From: a virus
Taxonomy: Duplodnaviria; Caudoviricetes
DNA length: 64,000 nucleotides
Direction: 5' to 3' (one strand)
IMG/VR virus record: IMGVR_UViG_3300025640_001000
The stretch's first letter is position 1. Every line of letters begins with the position of its first letter. The notes beneath the pieces are model-generated. The model did no database searches. It saw only the letters and a program-made list of their open reading frames with translations, and was not told the DNA's origin. A program made the translations under genes and the position numbers. Of the stretch, positions 43,799-53,580 are shown piece by piece.

Positions 43799-44485
43799 GT
43801 GAAAAAGTTCAAAAATTGTTTATTGTCGTTGCCAAGAACAGGATCAAATTGGGTTCGTTATTGGTTTGAATATTTTTCAAGTGAAAACACAAGTGAACGA
43901 AATATTTTAGTGGAAATTAATCATTGGGGAGAATCCCGAACAGAAAAAACCAACGCAACATTATACAAACGACATTTATTATCAGAAGAGGATATTGTAA
44001 ATCGTGACATTCAAAACCTAGTTTACGTGATCAGAGATTACCGAGAGTGCTTTGTTCGTCATTGTCGTGGACGAACCTTTGACAAGAAGATAAGCAGAAT
44101 GAGTGATTACACCGACAATTTGAGTGTTTATGATGCGTTTCAAGGAAATAAGATGGTGATGTACTATGAAGACTTTGTAAGTGATCCTAAGACCTATATG
44201 AAGCAATTTTTGGACTTTTTGGAAATAAAAAACGAATGGCATGATATTGACGTCAAGGAACACCGAGATATATCGGTTAAATTATATGAAAAGGGTGGAA
44301 GTGAAAATATAGGTTCACAAACAAGAGGTGCACCGTCATTAACAAAGGGAAAAGCAGATTTTCAATTTCATCAAAAAGATTTAGATGATCAAACTATAGC
44401 AATGTTGGAAAATTGGTTCATTGAAAATCATAAAGAATTACACGACAAATATCTTGATCGATACAAGTTGGATAATTCAAAATGA
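43799..44485 (+). CDS. sulfotransferase (PAPS-dependent)
   Basis: 5'-PSB loop LSLPRTGSNW, 3'-PB YVIRDYRE, and YYEDFV; SD AAGGAG upstream of the GTG start. Confidence 0.75.
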   Translation: MKKFKNCLLSLPRTGSNWVRYWFEYFSSENTSERNILVEINHWGESRTEKTNATLYKRHLLSEEDIVNRDIQNLVYVIRDYRECFVRHCRGRTFDKKISRMSDYTDNLSVYDAFQGNKMVMYYEDFVSDPKTYMKQFLDFLEIKNEWHDIDVKEHRDISVKLYEKGGSENIGSQTRGAPSLTKGKADFQFHQKDLDDQTIAMLENWFIENHKELHDKYLDRYKLDNSK

Positions 44486-45216
44486 TTGATAAATTTACAA
44501 TATTAGGTGAACGATGCAGTGGAACTAATATTCTTCGTGCATTGATGTTAAAAAACTTTGAATTAAAGTTCACCGAGGAATTTGGTCATCGTCATTTTCA
44601 AATATTTCACAACAACTTTGAAAACTCAAATAATTGTTTGTTTATAAGCATCATAAGAAATCCGTTTGATTGGATCAACTCTTTATATTTGAAACCTTGG
44701 CATCTATCATATGAAACTGCACAAGATAAACATCACTTTCTAAATCATTTGTTTTTTAGCAAATGGCCATCTTACGAACGCAGAAATACAAAATTAGAGC
44801 ATATGAACATAGATGTTGAAAATAATCGTGAACAACTGAGTTGTGGTTATGAAATTGAACAAGATGCACATTTGATTACCAACAAAAAATATAAAAATGT
44901 TTTAGAATGTAGATACGATAAAATAAATTTTATGCAAACTATTTTGCCAATGAAAGTTGAAAATTGTATTTTAATAAGATACGAAGATTTGATAAATGAC
45001 TTTGATTATACGATGTTTCGTTTAAGAACTCAATTCAAATTGATTTCTTGTAATGTTGGTTTTGAAAAAGAAGAATCATATAAAGGTCGTGCAGTGTTAA
45101 AAAAAGGCAATTACATTAAATACCAACCAACTAATTACACAGAATTTCCTGAGGAAGAAATTAAAAGTCATAACTATTTTGATATGAAACTAGAAAATTC
45201 ATTTAATTATGTATAA
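44482..45216 (+). CDS. sulfotransferase-like protein
   Basis: GERCSGTN, IIRNPFDWINS and IRYEDL. Confidence 0.7.
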   Translation: MIDKFTILGERCSGTNILRALMLKNFELKFTEEFGHRHFQIFHNNFENSNNCLFISIIRNPFDWINSLYLKPWHLSYETAQDKHHFLNHLFFSKWPSYERRNTKLEHMNIDVENNREQLSCGYEIEQDAHLITNKKYKNVLECRYDKINFMQTILPMKVENCILIRYEDLINDFDYTMFRLRTQFKLISCNVGFEKEESYKGRAVLKKGNYIKYQPTNYTEFPEEEIKSHNYFDMKLENSFNYV

Positions 45217-45254
45217 TCAAAAAAAAGATAAGTATTATAAAAACTCACTAACTA

Positions 45255-45263
45255 ATATTTATA
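45255..45263 (+). promoter_or_regulatory. putative late-promoter motif ATATTTATA
   Basis: Lies 4 nt upstream of ATG 45268, which may imply a nearly leaderless mRNA. Confidence 0.4.
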
Positions 45264-45267
45264 TTAC

Positions 45268-46044
45268 ATGGGAGATTCATCAAAAATATTTGATATAGAC
45301 TGGAACATTGTCGTTAATTTAGGCATCAAATGCAATACTTTAGGAATATCACGTTCCGCAGAAGTTCGTTATTATTCAAGTCCATTCGATAACATGGATA
45401 CAGTTGAAGGACTTACAGAAACCGCAGACTTGATGTCCACTGGATTTGCAAATTATTTTGACGATATAAAGGATTGGGAAATCAAGAACGAGGTAGCACC
45501 CAGAAGCACCGATATTCGTAATAAAATTGTGTGGCATAAAAACACACCGAACGTTTATTATCCTCACTTTGCAGATGTGTGGTTCAAAGATAATATGAGT
45601 AAAGATGAACTGCACGATTGGAAAGTTGGTGAAGATTTAACAATTGAACCGATTTGGGAAGATTTAAAAAGAGTATTCGGAAATCGTCAACAACGTCTTG
45701 TGTCGCAATTAAAAAGCAACAACAAAATATTGTTCTTCCGAGCAGACGAAAAACGACAACTCAAACGAGTTCATTCAACAAATCAGGATGAACATCTTGA
45801 AGAATTTATAACAAAAATGCAAACTGCATTTCCTCAAACCGAGATTGGATTAATGTATTTGTATTGTAACAATGCAAAATTTAAAAGAACATTAACATCA
45901 TCGGAGTATGTTCACACAGAATTAATTCCTGACGGAATGAAAGAAGATGAATATTCAATACAAAGACTTAAAGACTTAAGTGTGTTGCCGAGGGAACAGG
46001 TGCTTGCAACTGACTTTGACATTGAGTGTAACGATACAGAATGA
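45268..46044 (+). CDS. DUF1796 (papain-like) family protein
   Basis: VVNLGIKC..SSPFDNM..YYPHF..RQQRL..ILFFR matches the DUF1796 pattern SLGxxC..PFDW..HD..RxxR..FIR. Confidence 0.55.
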   Translation: MGDSSKIFDIDWNIVVNLGIKCNTLGISRSAEVRYYSSPFDNMDTVEGLTETADLMSTGFANYFDDIKDWEIKNEVAPRSTDIRNKIVWHKNTPNVYYPHFADVWFKDNMSKDELHDWKVGEDLTIEPIWEDLKRVFGNRQQRLVSQLKSNNKILFFRADEKRQLKRVHSTNQDEHLEEFITKMQTAFPQTEIGLMYLYCNNAKFKRTLTSSEYVHTELIPDGMKEDEYSIQRLKDLSVLPREQVLATDFDIECNDTE

Positions 46045-46697
46045 TAAGTCACAAACATAAATTTATTCTTATTCACATTCCGAAATGTGGTGGAACGAGT
46101 GTAGAACTTGCTTTGTTGAAAAATGAAGGCATTGAAATGAAAAACTACGATCAAGATGATCTTAATTTTTTGTCGGAAAACCAAAAACAAAAATATAGAA
46201 TCGGATACGACTATAAAGGAACATCAACTCAACATCGTAAGATTGATCAATTCAAGGATGGCAGAGAAAAGAATTATTTTACGTTTACATTCGTCAGAAA
46301 CCCGTGGGAAAGATTTTTAAGTGAATATTTTTATATTAAAAAATCCGAAGGTTGTAAGTGCAATAAAGACTTTGATAAGAAGTTTCCAACATTTAAACAC
46401 TTTGTAAAAAATAATGGAATCAAATGTTGTTATTATGCTCACGATTATCCACAAATTGACTTTGTATTTAATGCAAATCAAAATAAACTTACAAACTTTG
46501 TCGGTCGTTGTGAAGATATGCAATATGATTTTGATTATGTTTGTGGCAAACTTAAAATACCAAAAACAAAATTACCAAATAGAAATCCAACAAAACACAA
46601 ACACTACACCGAATACTACGATGAAGAAACAAAGCAAATTGTTGCGGAAAAATACGCAAAAGATATTGAGTATTTTGGATATAAATATGGAGAATGA
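46041..46697 (+). CDS. sulfotransferase, Sulfotransfer_2 (chondroitin/HNK-1-type) family
   Basis: FILIHIPKCGGTSV, FTFVRNPWERFLSEY and HYTEYYD..YAKDIEYFGY. Confidence 0.88.
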   Translation: MISHKHKFILIHIPKCGGTSVELALLKNEGIEMKNYDQDDLNFLSENQKQKYRIGYDYKGTSTQHRKIDQFKDGREKNYFTFTFVRNPWERFLSEYFYIKKSEGCKCNKDFDKKFPTFKHFVKNNGIKCCYYAHDYPQIDFVFNANQNKLTNFVGRCEDMQYDFDYVCGKLKIPKTKLPNRNPTKHKHYTEYYDEETKQIVAEKYAKDIEYFGYKYGE

Positions 46698-46700
46698 GAA

Positions 46701-47420
46701 ATGAGAATATCGCACAAACATAAATTTTTATTTATTGAAGTCACAAAAACAGGAAGCACCTCAATCAGAGGTGCGTTAAGTCAATTTTCTGATATTCCGG
46801 CCACAACAGAAAAGGACTCACCTCACCCATTAAACATATTAAACCACACTTCTCCGTTTCGTATTCATGCTCCAGCGTGGGAGTTAAAAAACCAGTTCAA
46901 GGAAAGTGAGTGGAACTGGAGTGAATATTTCAAATTTGCATTTGTCAGAAACCCCTGGGACAGGTTAGTATCAATGCATAACTATAAACTCCGAAGAACG
47001 CAAACTTGGAATGATTTTATGTCAGAGTTCCAGGGTCATATGATCAATATGAACATGGACATACAAGAGCTTCAATCCCGAGCGTTCTCCCAACCGGTAG
47101 AAGAAAAAAATAATGACCATTGCATGAAAATTGATGTGCCTGATTTTCGCAAATTTGCCTCAGATCCAGACACACCACAAACCAAGTGGCTAGTGAGTGG
47201 TGACGATTTGATCGTGGATTTTATTGGTAGATTTGAAAACTTACAACAAGACTTCAATACTGTTTGCGACAGAATAGGAATACCACACCAAGAACTTCCT
47301 CATGCAAATAAAACCAATCACAGACACTACACCGAATACTACGATGACGAAACAAAGCAAATCGTTGCGGAACGATACGCAAAGGACATTGAGTATTTTG
47401 GGTACAAATTTGGAAAGTAA
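46701..47420 (+). CDS. sulfotransferase, Sulfotransfer_2 family
   Basis: FLFIEVTKTGSTSI, FAFVRNPWDRLVS, FIGRFENL and DIEYFGY. Confidence 0.88.
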   Translation: MRISHKHKFLFIEVTKTGSTSIRGALSQFSDIPATTEKDSPHPLNILNHTSPFRIHAPAWELKNQFKESEWNWSEYFKFAFVRNPWDRLVSMHNYKLRRTQTWNDFMSEFQGHMINMNMDIQELQSRAFSQPVEEKNNDHCMKIDVPDFRKFASDPDTPQTKWLVSGDDLIVDFIGRFENLQQDFNTVCDRIGIPHQELPHANKTNHRHYTEYYDDETKQIVAERYAKDIEYFGYKFGK

Positions 47421-47457
47421 CACACTCAAAAACTTATTATAACAACTAATTATAGAT

Positions 47458-48483
47458 ATGGCAGAAAAACGAAATATACTTGTATGTGGTGGTGGTGGAT
47501 TCATTGCCGGACATTTAGCAAAAGACCTTCAAGAGCAAGGTCATAACGTACGTGTGGTTGACAAAAAACCATTAGAGCAGTGGTATCAACCGATTGAAGG
47601 AACAGAGCAACTTGTTCTTGATCTTGAATTGCGTGAAAACTGCATGAAAGCAGCCGAAGGCATGGACATGGTATATAATCTTGCGTGTAACATGGGTGGA
47701 ATGGGTTTCATTGAAAACAATCATGCTTTATGTATGCTCAGTGTTCTTATTAACGTTCATATGCTTGTAGCAGCCAAGGAGCATGGCATCAAAGACTTTC
47801 TTTATAGTTCTTCTGCGTGTGCATACCCCACCTTTAAACAAACGGAGATTTTAAGTGCCTCTGATCAAGCATTGGCAGAACCTGATGCTTATCCTGCTGA
47901 TCCAGAAAGTGGATACGGATGGGAAAAGTTATTCAACGAGATTCTTACGAACTTCTACGAATCAGATTATGATATGAATGTTCGCATTCCTCGTTATCAC
48001 AATGTTTATGGTCCTTATGGAACTTGGCAAGGTGGTCGTGAAAAAGCACCGGCTGCTCTTTGTCGTAAAATCATTGAAGCAAAATTAAGTGGAAATCACG
48101 AAATTGAAGTATGGGGTGACGGAGAACAAACTCGTTCGTTTATGTACATTGATGACTGCATCACAGGAATGGATAAAATGTGGGAAAGTGATTATACTAA
48201 ACCTTTGAATCTTGGAAGCAGTGAAATGGTCAGCATCAATCAACTTATTGACATGATTGAAAAACTAGCAGACATCAAAGTTGAAAGAAAATACGATTTA
48301 ACAAAACCTCAAGGTGTTCGTGGAAGAAATTCTGACAACACTTTAATCAAAGAAGTCACCGGTTGGGAGCCTAGTGTCGGATTACAAACAGGTTTGGAAA
48401 AAACATATGCTTGGATTTACAATGAAATCAAACAAGGAAAACAAGACGCAAGTTTGAACTATTCCGAAGAAGCAGGTGTATAA
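47458..48483 (+). CDS. GDP-mannose 3,5-epimerase-like extended SDR
   Basis: GGGGFIAGHL, NLACNMGGMGFI, SSSACAYP, YGWEK (YxxxK), GGREKAPAALCRK, WGDGEQTRSF and GVRGRNSDN, all characteristic of GME. Confidence 0.9.
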   Translation: MAEKRNILVCGGGGFIAGHLAKDLQEQGHNVRVVDKKPLEQWYQPIEGTEQLVLDLELRENCMKAAEGMDMVYNLACNMGGMGFIENNHALCMLSVLINVHMLVAAKEHGIKDFLYSSSACAYPTFKQTEILSASDQALAEPDAYPADPESGYGWEKLFNEILTNFYESDYDMNVRIPRYHNVYGPYGTWQGGREKAPAALCRKIIEAKLSGNHEIEVWGDGEQTRSFMYIDDCITGMDKMWESDYTKPLNLGSSEMVSINQLIDMIEKLADIKVERKYDLTKPQGVRGRNSDNTLIKEVTGWEPSVGLQTGLEKTYAWIYNEIKQGKQDASLNYSEEAGV

Positions 48484-48504
48484 TATAAAAATTGGGAGAT
48501 AAAA

Positions 48505-49461
48505 ATGGAAGAGAGAACGAAGACAAAATTGTTGTCTTACGTTAATGGTGGTTATTTGGACTTTGCTTTAAACTGGTTAAAGTATATTCGTGCATTGAAT
48601 ATGCAGAACATGGTGATAATGTATTGTTTGGATGACGAATCATTTGAACATATGTCCACAGAAAAAGACATTGAAAGTAAACGTTGGATAAGTTCTAATT
48701 TTCATATAGAAACCACTTCCGAGTTTCACCAAAAAGGATGGGATGCACTAATGTGGAACAAAATGGAGGCTGCACATCAGTTGCTTACGCAAGGGTACAA
48801 TGTTCTTTATGCTGATACCGACATCAACTTTTTAAAGAATCCATTATCAGACCTTGAAAAAATTTGCGAAGAAGGAAATTATGATGTGGCATTTCAAGTT
48901 GCAGGTGGAGCAAGCATTTGTCCTGGTTTCTTTTATGCCAAAAGTAATGCTAAAACAATTCATTTGTTTAACATTGACCGAGAAGATTTCAAACAAGGAT
49001 ACATTGAAACAAACGAAGACGGAGAAATCAAACAACGCAAATTTAAAGAAGATATGATGCTTCTTAATCTTCGTTTGCATCGTGCGATTGAACCTGATGA
49101 TATAAATTATGTACAACTTAGTGCGAATGGTTATCCACAGGGAGTTCATTGGGAACGCAACATTAAAAATCGTGGTCGTGAACGAGCAGAACAAGACGCA
49201 TTTATTGTTCACTTTAATTGTACTGTAGGTTGGAGCAACATTGATGAAATGACTGCAAACGGACTTCACAACTTTGATTATCATCAACGTAAAGTATGGA
49301 ATATGCTTCGTCATGATATGTGGAAAGGAGATGTACCAGAAGGTATGATTGTACCGAAGGAAATTGTGGAAATGAAACCAGGACCTTTAACGAAAGCATT
49401 TCGAGCAGAAAAACGATCAAGAAGAGGTCGCAGAAAACGCACAGAAAACAAAGCAAACTGA
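48505..49461 (+). CDS. nucleotide-diphospho-sugar transferase (GT77-like)
   Basis: DFALNW, VLYADTDINFLKNP, ICPGFFYAKS and FIVHFNC. Confidence 0.75.
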   Translation: MEERTKTKLLSYVNGGYLDFALNWLKYIRALNMQNMVIMYCLDDESFEHMSTEKDIESKRWISSNFHIETTSEFHQKGWDALMWNKMEAAHQLLTQGYNVLYADTDINFLKNPLSDLEKICEEGNYDVAFQVAGGASICPGFFYAKSNAKTIHLFNIDREDFKQGYIETNEDGEIKQRKFKEDMMLLNLRLHRAIEPDDINYVQLSANGYPQGVHWERNIKNRGRERAEQDAFIVHFNCTVGWSNIDEMTANGLHNFDYHQRKVWNMLRHDMWKGDVPEGMIVPKEIVEMKPGPLTKAFRAEKRSRRGRRKRTENKAN

Positions 49462-49469
49462 TATTTATT
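49461..49469 (+). promoter_or_regulatory. putative late-promoter motif ATATTTATT
   Basis: Upstream of GGAGAG and ATG 49497. Confidence 0.4.
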
Positions 49470-49496
49470 ATAAAAAGTATTTAATGGAGAGAAAAA

Positions 49497-51614
49497 ATGG
49501 CAGATAAAATTAAAATAAGAGCAGGTACAGGTTTACAAACTACATTACAAAGTACAGTAAACTACGCACAAGCATTCACAGAGTTGGCAAAAAATAGTTT
49601 GCAAAATGGAGCAACATATTGTGATATAGACATCGTAAACGCAGAAACAGAAACTTACATAAAAGTAACTGATGATGGTCGTGGATTTGATCATGTTCGT
49701 GATGAAGAATACAATTTGAATGACTTTGAAAAATACTTCACGTTTGGTACTTCGTTTGATTTAGACAAACATGGAGATGGACCAAAACTCGGCAAAATGG
49801 GTATCGGTGGAAAGGTAAGTAACGATAAATTATCAATTGCAGGTGAATCTCATTGGCAAATTCACACCAAGAATATTCACGGAAACTGCTTTGTAGTTGA
49901 TTTTAATCCACCACAGGGTGCTAATTTCTTTGATGATTATCAACCACGTTGTGTAGAAGTGAAACCGGAAGATTCTTTAATCAAAACCAAAACTGGAACA
50001 GAAGTTAGAATTTTGAATGTCAATAAAGAATTTTTGAATACCGATTATGAAGCATCTGTAAAAGCAGAATTGTTGCAATTTTTTGCTCATCTTATTGTCT
50101 CATACAAAAAGAACAATAAAATGCTTGATATTATTTTCATGGGAAATAAACTTGATTTTGATATTGATTTGAACGGAAATTATCGTGGTAAGATCACACG
50201 TACATTTAGTTATGAAATTGCAGGTGAAACAAAACATTCCACCTTTGAAATTGCTCTTAATGAATTTCGTGGAAGAATTCGTAGACAAAAAAACTCAAGT
50301 ATTGTAAAAGCACTTGAATTAATTTCAGAAGTAAAAGTATGTGACATTCATTTAAACAATGAAGAAATTATTGAAAATATATTGTTAAAGTTATCCAAAG
50401 AAGAAAATACAGATATCGATGATACAGACTTTATGGGTAGAATGCATGGTTTTATTGGTTATGTTCGTTGTGATGATTTAAGTAGAATTGAAGATGATCG
50501 TGGTATGATTGCAAAAAACATCTCTCACCACGGATTGAATGATGAACATCCTATGGTAAAACCATTTCTTGTTGAAGTATATTATGTGGTGATGAAATTA
50601 TTATACAATATATCTGCTTTGAATGTAAGAAAATCTACACGAACGGTAATGAACAAAAATCTTATTGCGTATAATGTCGCAAAACTTTTGGCAAATGATT
50701 TTTCTAATGACATGGAAATTCTTACTGACAAAAAAATGTTGGGTTTGGACACTGTACAAAAAATAGATAACGCAGTTCAAAGAGACGATTTGGTATTAGA
50801 AAAATTACTCGGAAATACATACACTCCAACTGATAAACCAAACAAAGAATCAACTGATAAACCAAACAAAGAATCAACCGATAAACCAAACAAAGAATCA
50901 ACTGAAAACGAAACAGAAAACCTTCATACAATTAAACTTGATGAAAAGAACGATAAAGTTGAAGACTCCAATACAGCACCAAACTCGGTGACGATAAATG
51001 ACGAAGAAGTTGCCAAGGAACACAAACAATCAGAATCCTCACCTGCACCTGCACCGACACCGAAAACATCGATGGTAGGTTCTATTGTAGATTCCACCAA
51101 GAAAAGATTTAATGAAGAGTCTGGTGATAACTCCGAAGCATCAACAGAGTATACACAGATGACTCTTCCTGAATATAGAAAAATGTTATTGAAACGTTCT
51201 GGACTCAGAATTGATATAGAAGAATTAAAAGATGAAATAACAAGTGGAAATAAGACTGCAAAGAATACAAATAAACTCAACGAACTTGAACTTGAACTTC
51301 ACACCATTGAAAATGTAATAAGTGGAATAAAGTTGTTTTATGCGATTGATTATATAGATAATCCTATGGTAATTTCAACTATTCGTGAATATCGTGATGG
51401 ATTTATCATCGTAGTTAATGAAAACAATGTTCGTTATCGTTCAATTCAGTCCGACATCATGTCACTTGCTCTTCATGTTGCAGAAGCAATGATCAAAGAA
51501 ATCATTTATATTGAAGATAAAACGATTGATAAAGACCGTTTAGATTCTGAGTTATCAAAATTCTACGAACGTCATTACAAACAATTACTAGGAAACGATT
51601 TACTTTCAATGTAA
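49497..51614 (+). CDS. GHKL (HATPase_c, MORC/Hsp90-like) ATPase
   Basis: Motif I AFTELAKNS, motif II VTDDGRGF, motif III LGKMGIGGK, and GTEVRI. Confidence 0.8.
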   Translation: MADKIKIRAGTGLQTTLQSTVNYAQAFTELAKNSLQNGATYCDIDIVNAETETYIKVTDDGRGFDHVRDEEYNLNDFEKYFTFGTSFDLDKHGDGPKLGKMGIGGKVSNDKLSIAGESHWQIHTKNIHGNCFVVDFNPPQGANFFDDYQPRCVEVKPEDSLIKTKTGTEVRILNVNKEFLNTDYEASVKAELLQFFAHLIVSYKKNNKMLDIIFMGNKLDFDIDLNGNYRGKITRTFSYEIAGETKHSTFEIALNEFRGRIRRQKNSSIVKALELISEVKVCDIHLNNEEIIENILLKLSKEENTDIDDTDFMGRMHGFIGYVRCDDLSRIEDDRGMIAKNISHHGLNDEHPMVKPFLVEVYYVVMKLLYNISALNVRKSTRTVMNKNLIAYNVAKLLANDFSNDMEILTDKKMLGLDTVQKIDNAVQRDDLVLEKLLGNTYTPTDKPNKESTDKPNKESTDKPNKESTENETENLHTIKLDEKNDKVEDSNTAPNSVTINDEEVAKEHKQSESSPAPAPTPKTSMVGSIVDSTKKRFNEESGDNSEASTEYTQMTLPEYRKMLLKRSGLRIDIEELKDEITSGNKTAKNTNKLNELELELHTIENVISGIKLFYAIDYIDNPMVISTIREYRDGFIIVVNENNVRYRSIQSDIMSLALHVAEAMIKEIIYIEDKTIDKDRLDSELSKFYERHYKQLLGNDLLSM
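50827..50905 (+). repeat. 24-bp tandem repeat x3.3 (TDKPNKES)
   Basis: CAACTGATAAACCAAACAAAGAAT at 50827, 50851 and 50875 (one mismatch in the third copy). Confidence 0.95.
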
Positions 51615-51623
51615 GGTTTAAAA

Positions 51624-52298
51624 ATGATAAACCACGATATTAAATGCATATTCATTCATATACCAAGAACTGCTGGTTCAAGTATATCAACTGCGTTATC
51701 TCAACGCAAAAAAGATGGTGAACGATTTGAAAAAACAAAACGTGATCCAAACGAATCCAAGAAGATTCACTTTAGTGTAGAACAGGCACAAAAAATGTTC
51801 GGCATGGATGTGTGGGAAGAGTATTTGACGTTCGCATTCGTAAGAAATCCGTGGGACAGACAAGTATCTCAATATCAATGGAGACTTGCCAAAGGAGAAC
51901 GAGACGTTGCCAAACGTGACTTTAAAGAGTGGACAAAGTGGAGATGGGAAGGTTGGTTAAACTGGTTAGAGAATCCACGCAAGGTTATTCGTGGTGTTCC
52001 ACAACTTGGACACCGTGATCGTGCAGTTGTATTGACAAAAGCATTTGATGAAATCTACGATGAAAAAGAAGACAAGATTTTAGTGGACTTTGTGGGTCGT
52101 TATGAAAATCTTAGAGAAGATGTTGAAACTTTGTGCGGAAAACTGGGTGTAGACAAGGACATCCTGTTACCCCACAAGCACAATGCAAAAAATCGTCCTC
52201 ATTATACTGAATTCTACGATGATGAAACAATTGAAATTGTTCGTAAATTTTACAAGAATGACATTGAAGTTCTTGGGTATAAATATGGGGAAAACTAA
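51624..52298 (+). CDS. sulfotransferase, Sulfotransfer_2 family
   Basis: IFIHIPRTAGSSI, FAFVRNPWDRQVSQY, FVGRYENL and DIEVLGY. Confidence 0.88.
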   Translation: MINHDIKCIFIHIPRTAGSSISTALSQRKKDGERFEKTKRDPNESKKIHFSVEQAQKMFGMDVWEEYLTFAFVRNPWDRQVSQYQWRLAKGERDVAKRDFKEWTKWRWEGWLNWLENPRKVIRGVPQLGHRDRAVVLTKAFDEIYDEKEDKILVDFVGRYENLREDVETLCGKLGVDKDILLPHKHNAKNRPHYTEFYDDETIEIVRKFYKNDIEVLGYKYGEN

Positions 52299-52831
52299 TG
52301 CTGTATTTATCTCTTGGGTCACAACCAGTTGTATCGTCTGTATTAAAAGGTTGTAATTTAAATACGAATTCAACTATTTTCGATAATGTCGGAGATTTAT
52401 CATTTAAAACATTGTTGTTGTGTTTGAATACCCAATTCAAAGATTTTTTTCCACCTGAAAATCAAATTCAAATTTATGGTGGAATTGTAAATGTTATCAA
52501 TCAAGTTCCATATTATATAATTAAAGATAAAAGAAACGGAACATTATTTTATGATGTATTGCCTGTAGGAAAGAAATCGGGTGCAATATACAACGGAGCA
52601 AAAACAAGGTATACAAAACTTGCTTCGGAATATACTAAAACAATTCAGACCAATTCATCTATAATTTTTGTACGACAAATGCTTGATGATAACGAAAATG
52701 ATACAATTGAATTGACGAACACTTTAAAATATGTTTATCCATCTTGTAGATTTTTTTTAAAACACAGATATGCAGGTATTGTGGAGAGTAAATGCTATCT
52801 ATATTGGAAATCGGAGTTGTGTAAAATATGA
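52298..52831 (+). CDS. degenerate DUF1796-like protein lacking the putative catalytic Cys
   Basis: YLSLGSQP..STIFDNV..TRYTKL..IIFVR resembles 45268. Confidence 0.4.
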   Translation: MLYLSLGSQPVVSSVLKGCNLNTNSTIFDNVGDLSFKTLLLCLNTQFKDFFPPENQIQIYGGIVNVINQVPYYIIKDKRNGTLFYDVLPVGKKSGAIYNGAKTRYTKLASEYTKTIQTNSSIIFVRQMLDDNENDTIELTNTLKYVYPSCRFFLKHRYAGIVESKCYLYWKSELCKI

Positions 52832-53580
52832 AAATATTATTTTTAATATTGGATCATGCAAGTGTTTATGACCAATCAATTGCTTGTCAAAGAACATGGG
52901 TTAAAAATATTGACACCAGACACGAAATAATTTTTTTAGGTGACACCTCGATGCCGGGTAATATACTTTTACATGAGGTGTATAAACCTTTACACTCGGA
53001 AACTCGGTCAGATATAACTGAAAAAATTGTCAAGGGATTTAGACACTCGTTAAAAAAAGACTGGGATTATTTGGTCAGATGTGATACAGATGTATATTGT
53101 AATATATCTGAATTAGAAAAATTTTTAAATATTTGTGATAAAACCAAACCACTATATGCAGGACATGGAGTTTACAGTCAGTCTCCAACGGGACATCCGA
53201 ATTATATGGTGACTGATTTAAAAGATATACCGAAAAAGAAATACTGGTATTTTGCCCAAGGTGGGTTTTATATTCTATCAAGGTCTGCACTTGAAAAGAC
53301 TATTGATGATATGTATTTTCCAGGTCCAATTGAACCGGAATCAGAAGATGTAATGGTGGGAGATGTTATGAAACAACAAGAAATACTTTTAAGAGACAGA
53401 CCTGATTTGTTCAATGTAGGTTGGGTTGGTGAAGGGTGGGGTGGAAACACTGAGTTGCCGAGAGAGAATACTTTATCTGAACATTTGGATATAATGAATA
53501 ACAATTTTATTTCGACACACAAAGTAAATGCAAAGCAAATATATGCAATTCACGAACTAATTGAAAAAAAATATGGATGA
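52828..53580 (+). CDS. GT31 (Fringe/beta-1,3-galactosyltransferase-like) glycosyltransferase
   Basis: RTWV, YLVRCDTDVY, LYAG, FAQGGFYILSR, EDVMVG and ISTHKV. Confidence 0.8.
   Translation: MKILFLILDHASVYDQSIACQRTWVKNIDTRHEIIFLGDTSMPGNILLHEVYKPLHSETRSDITEKIVKGFRHSLKKDWDYLVRCDTDVYCNISELEKFLNICDKTKPLYAGHGVYSQSPTGHPNYMVTDLKDIPKKKYWYFAQGGFYILSRSALEKTIDDMYFPGPIEPESEDVMVGDVMKQQEILLRDRPDLFNVGWVGEGWGGNTELPRENTLSEHLDIMNNNFISTHKVNAKQIYAIHELIEKKYG

Noticed and set aside
35147-50905. CRISPR array
   Set aside because: All short repeats are in-frame coding tandem repeats (PT linkers, TDKPNKES) without unique spacers, and no cas genes are present.
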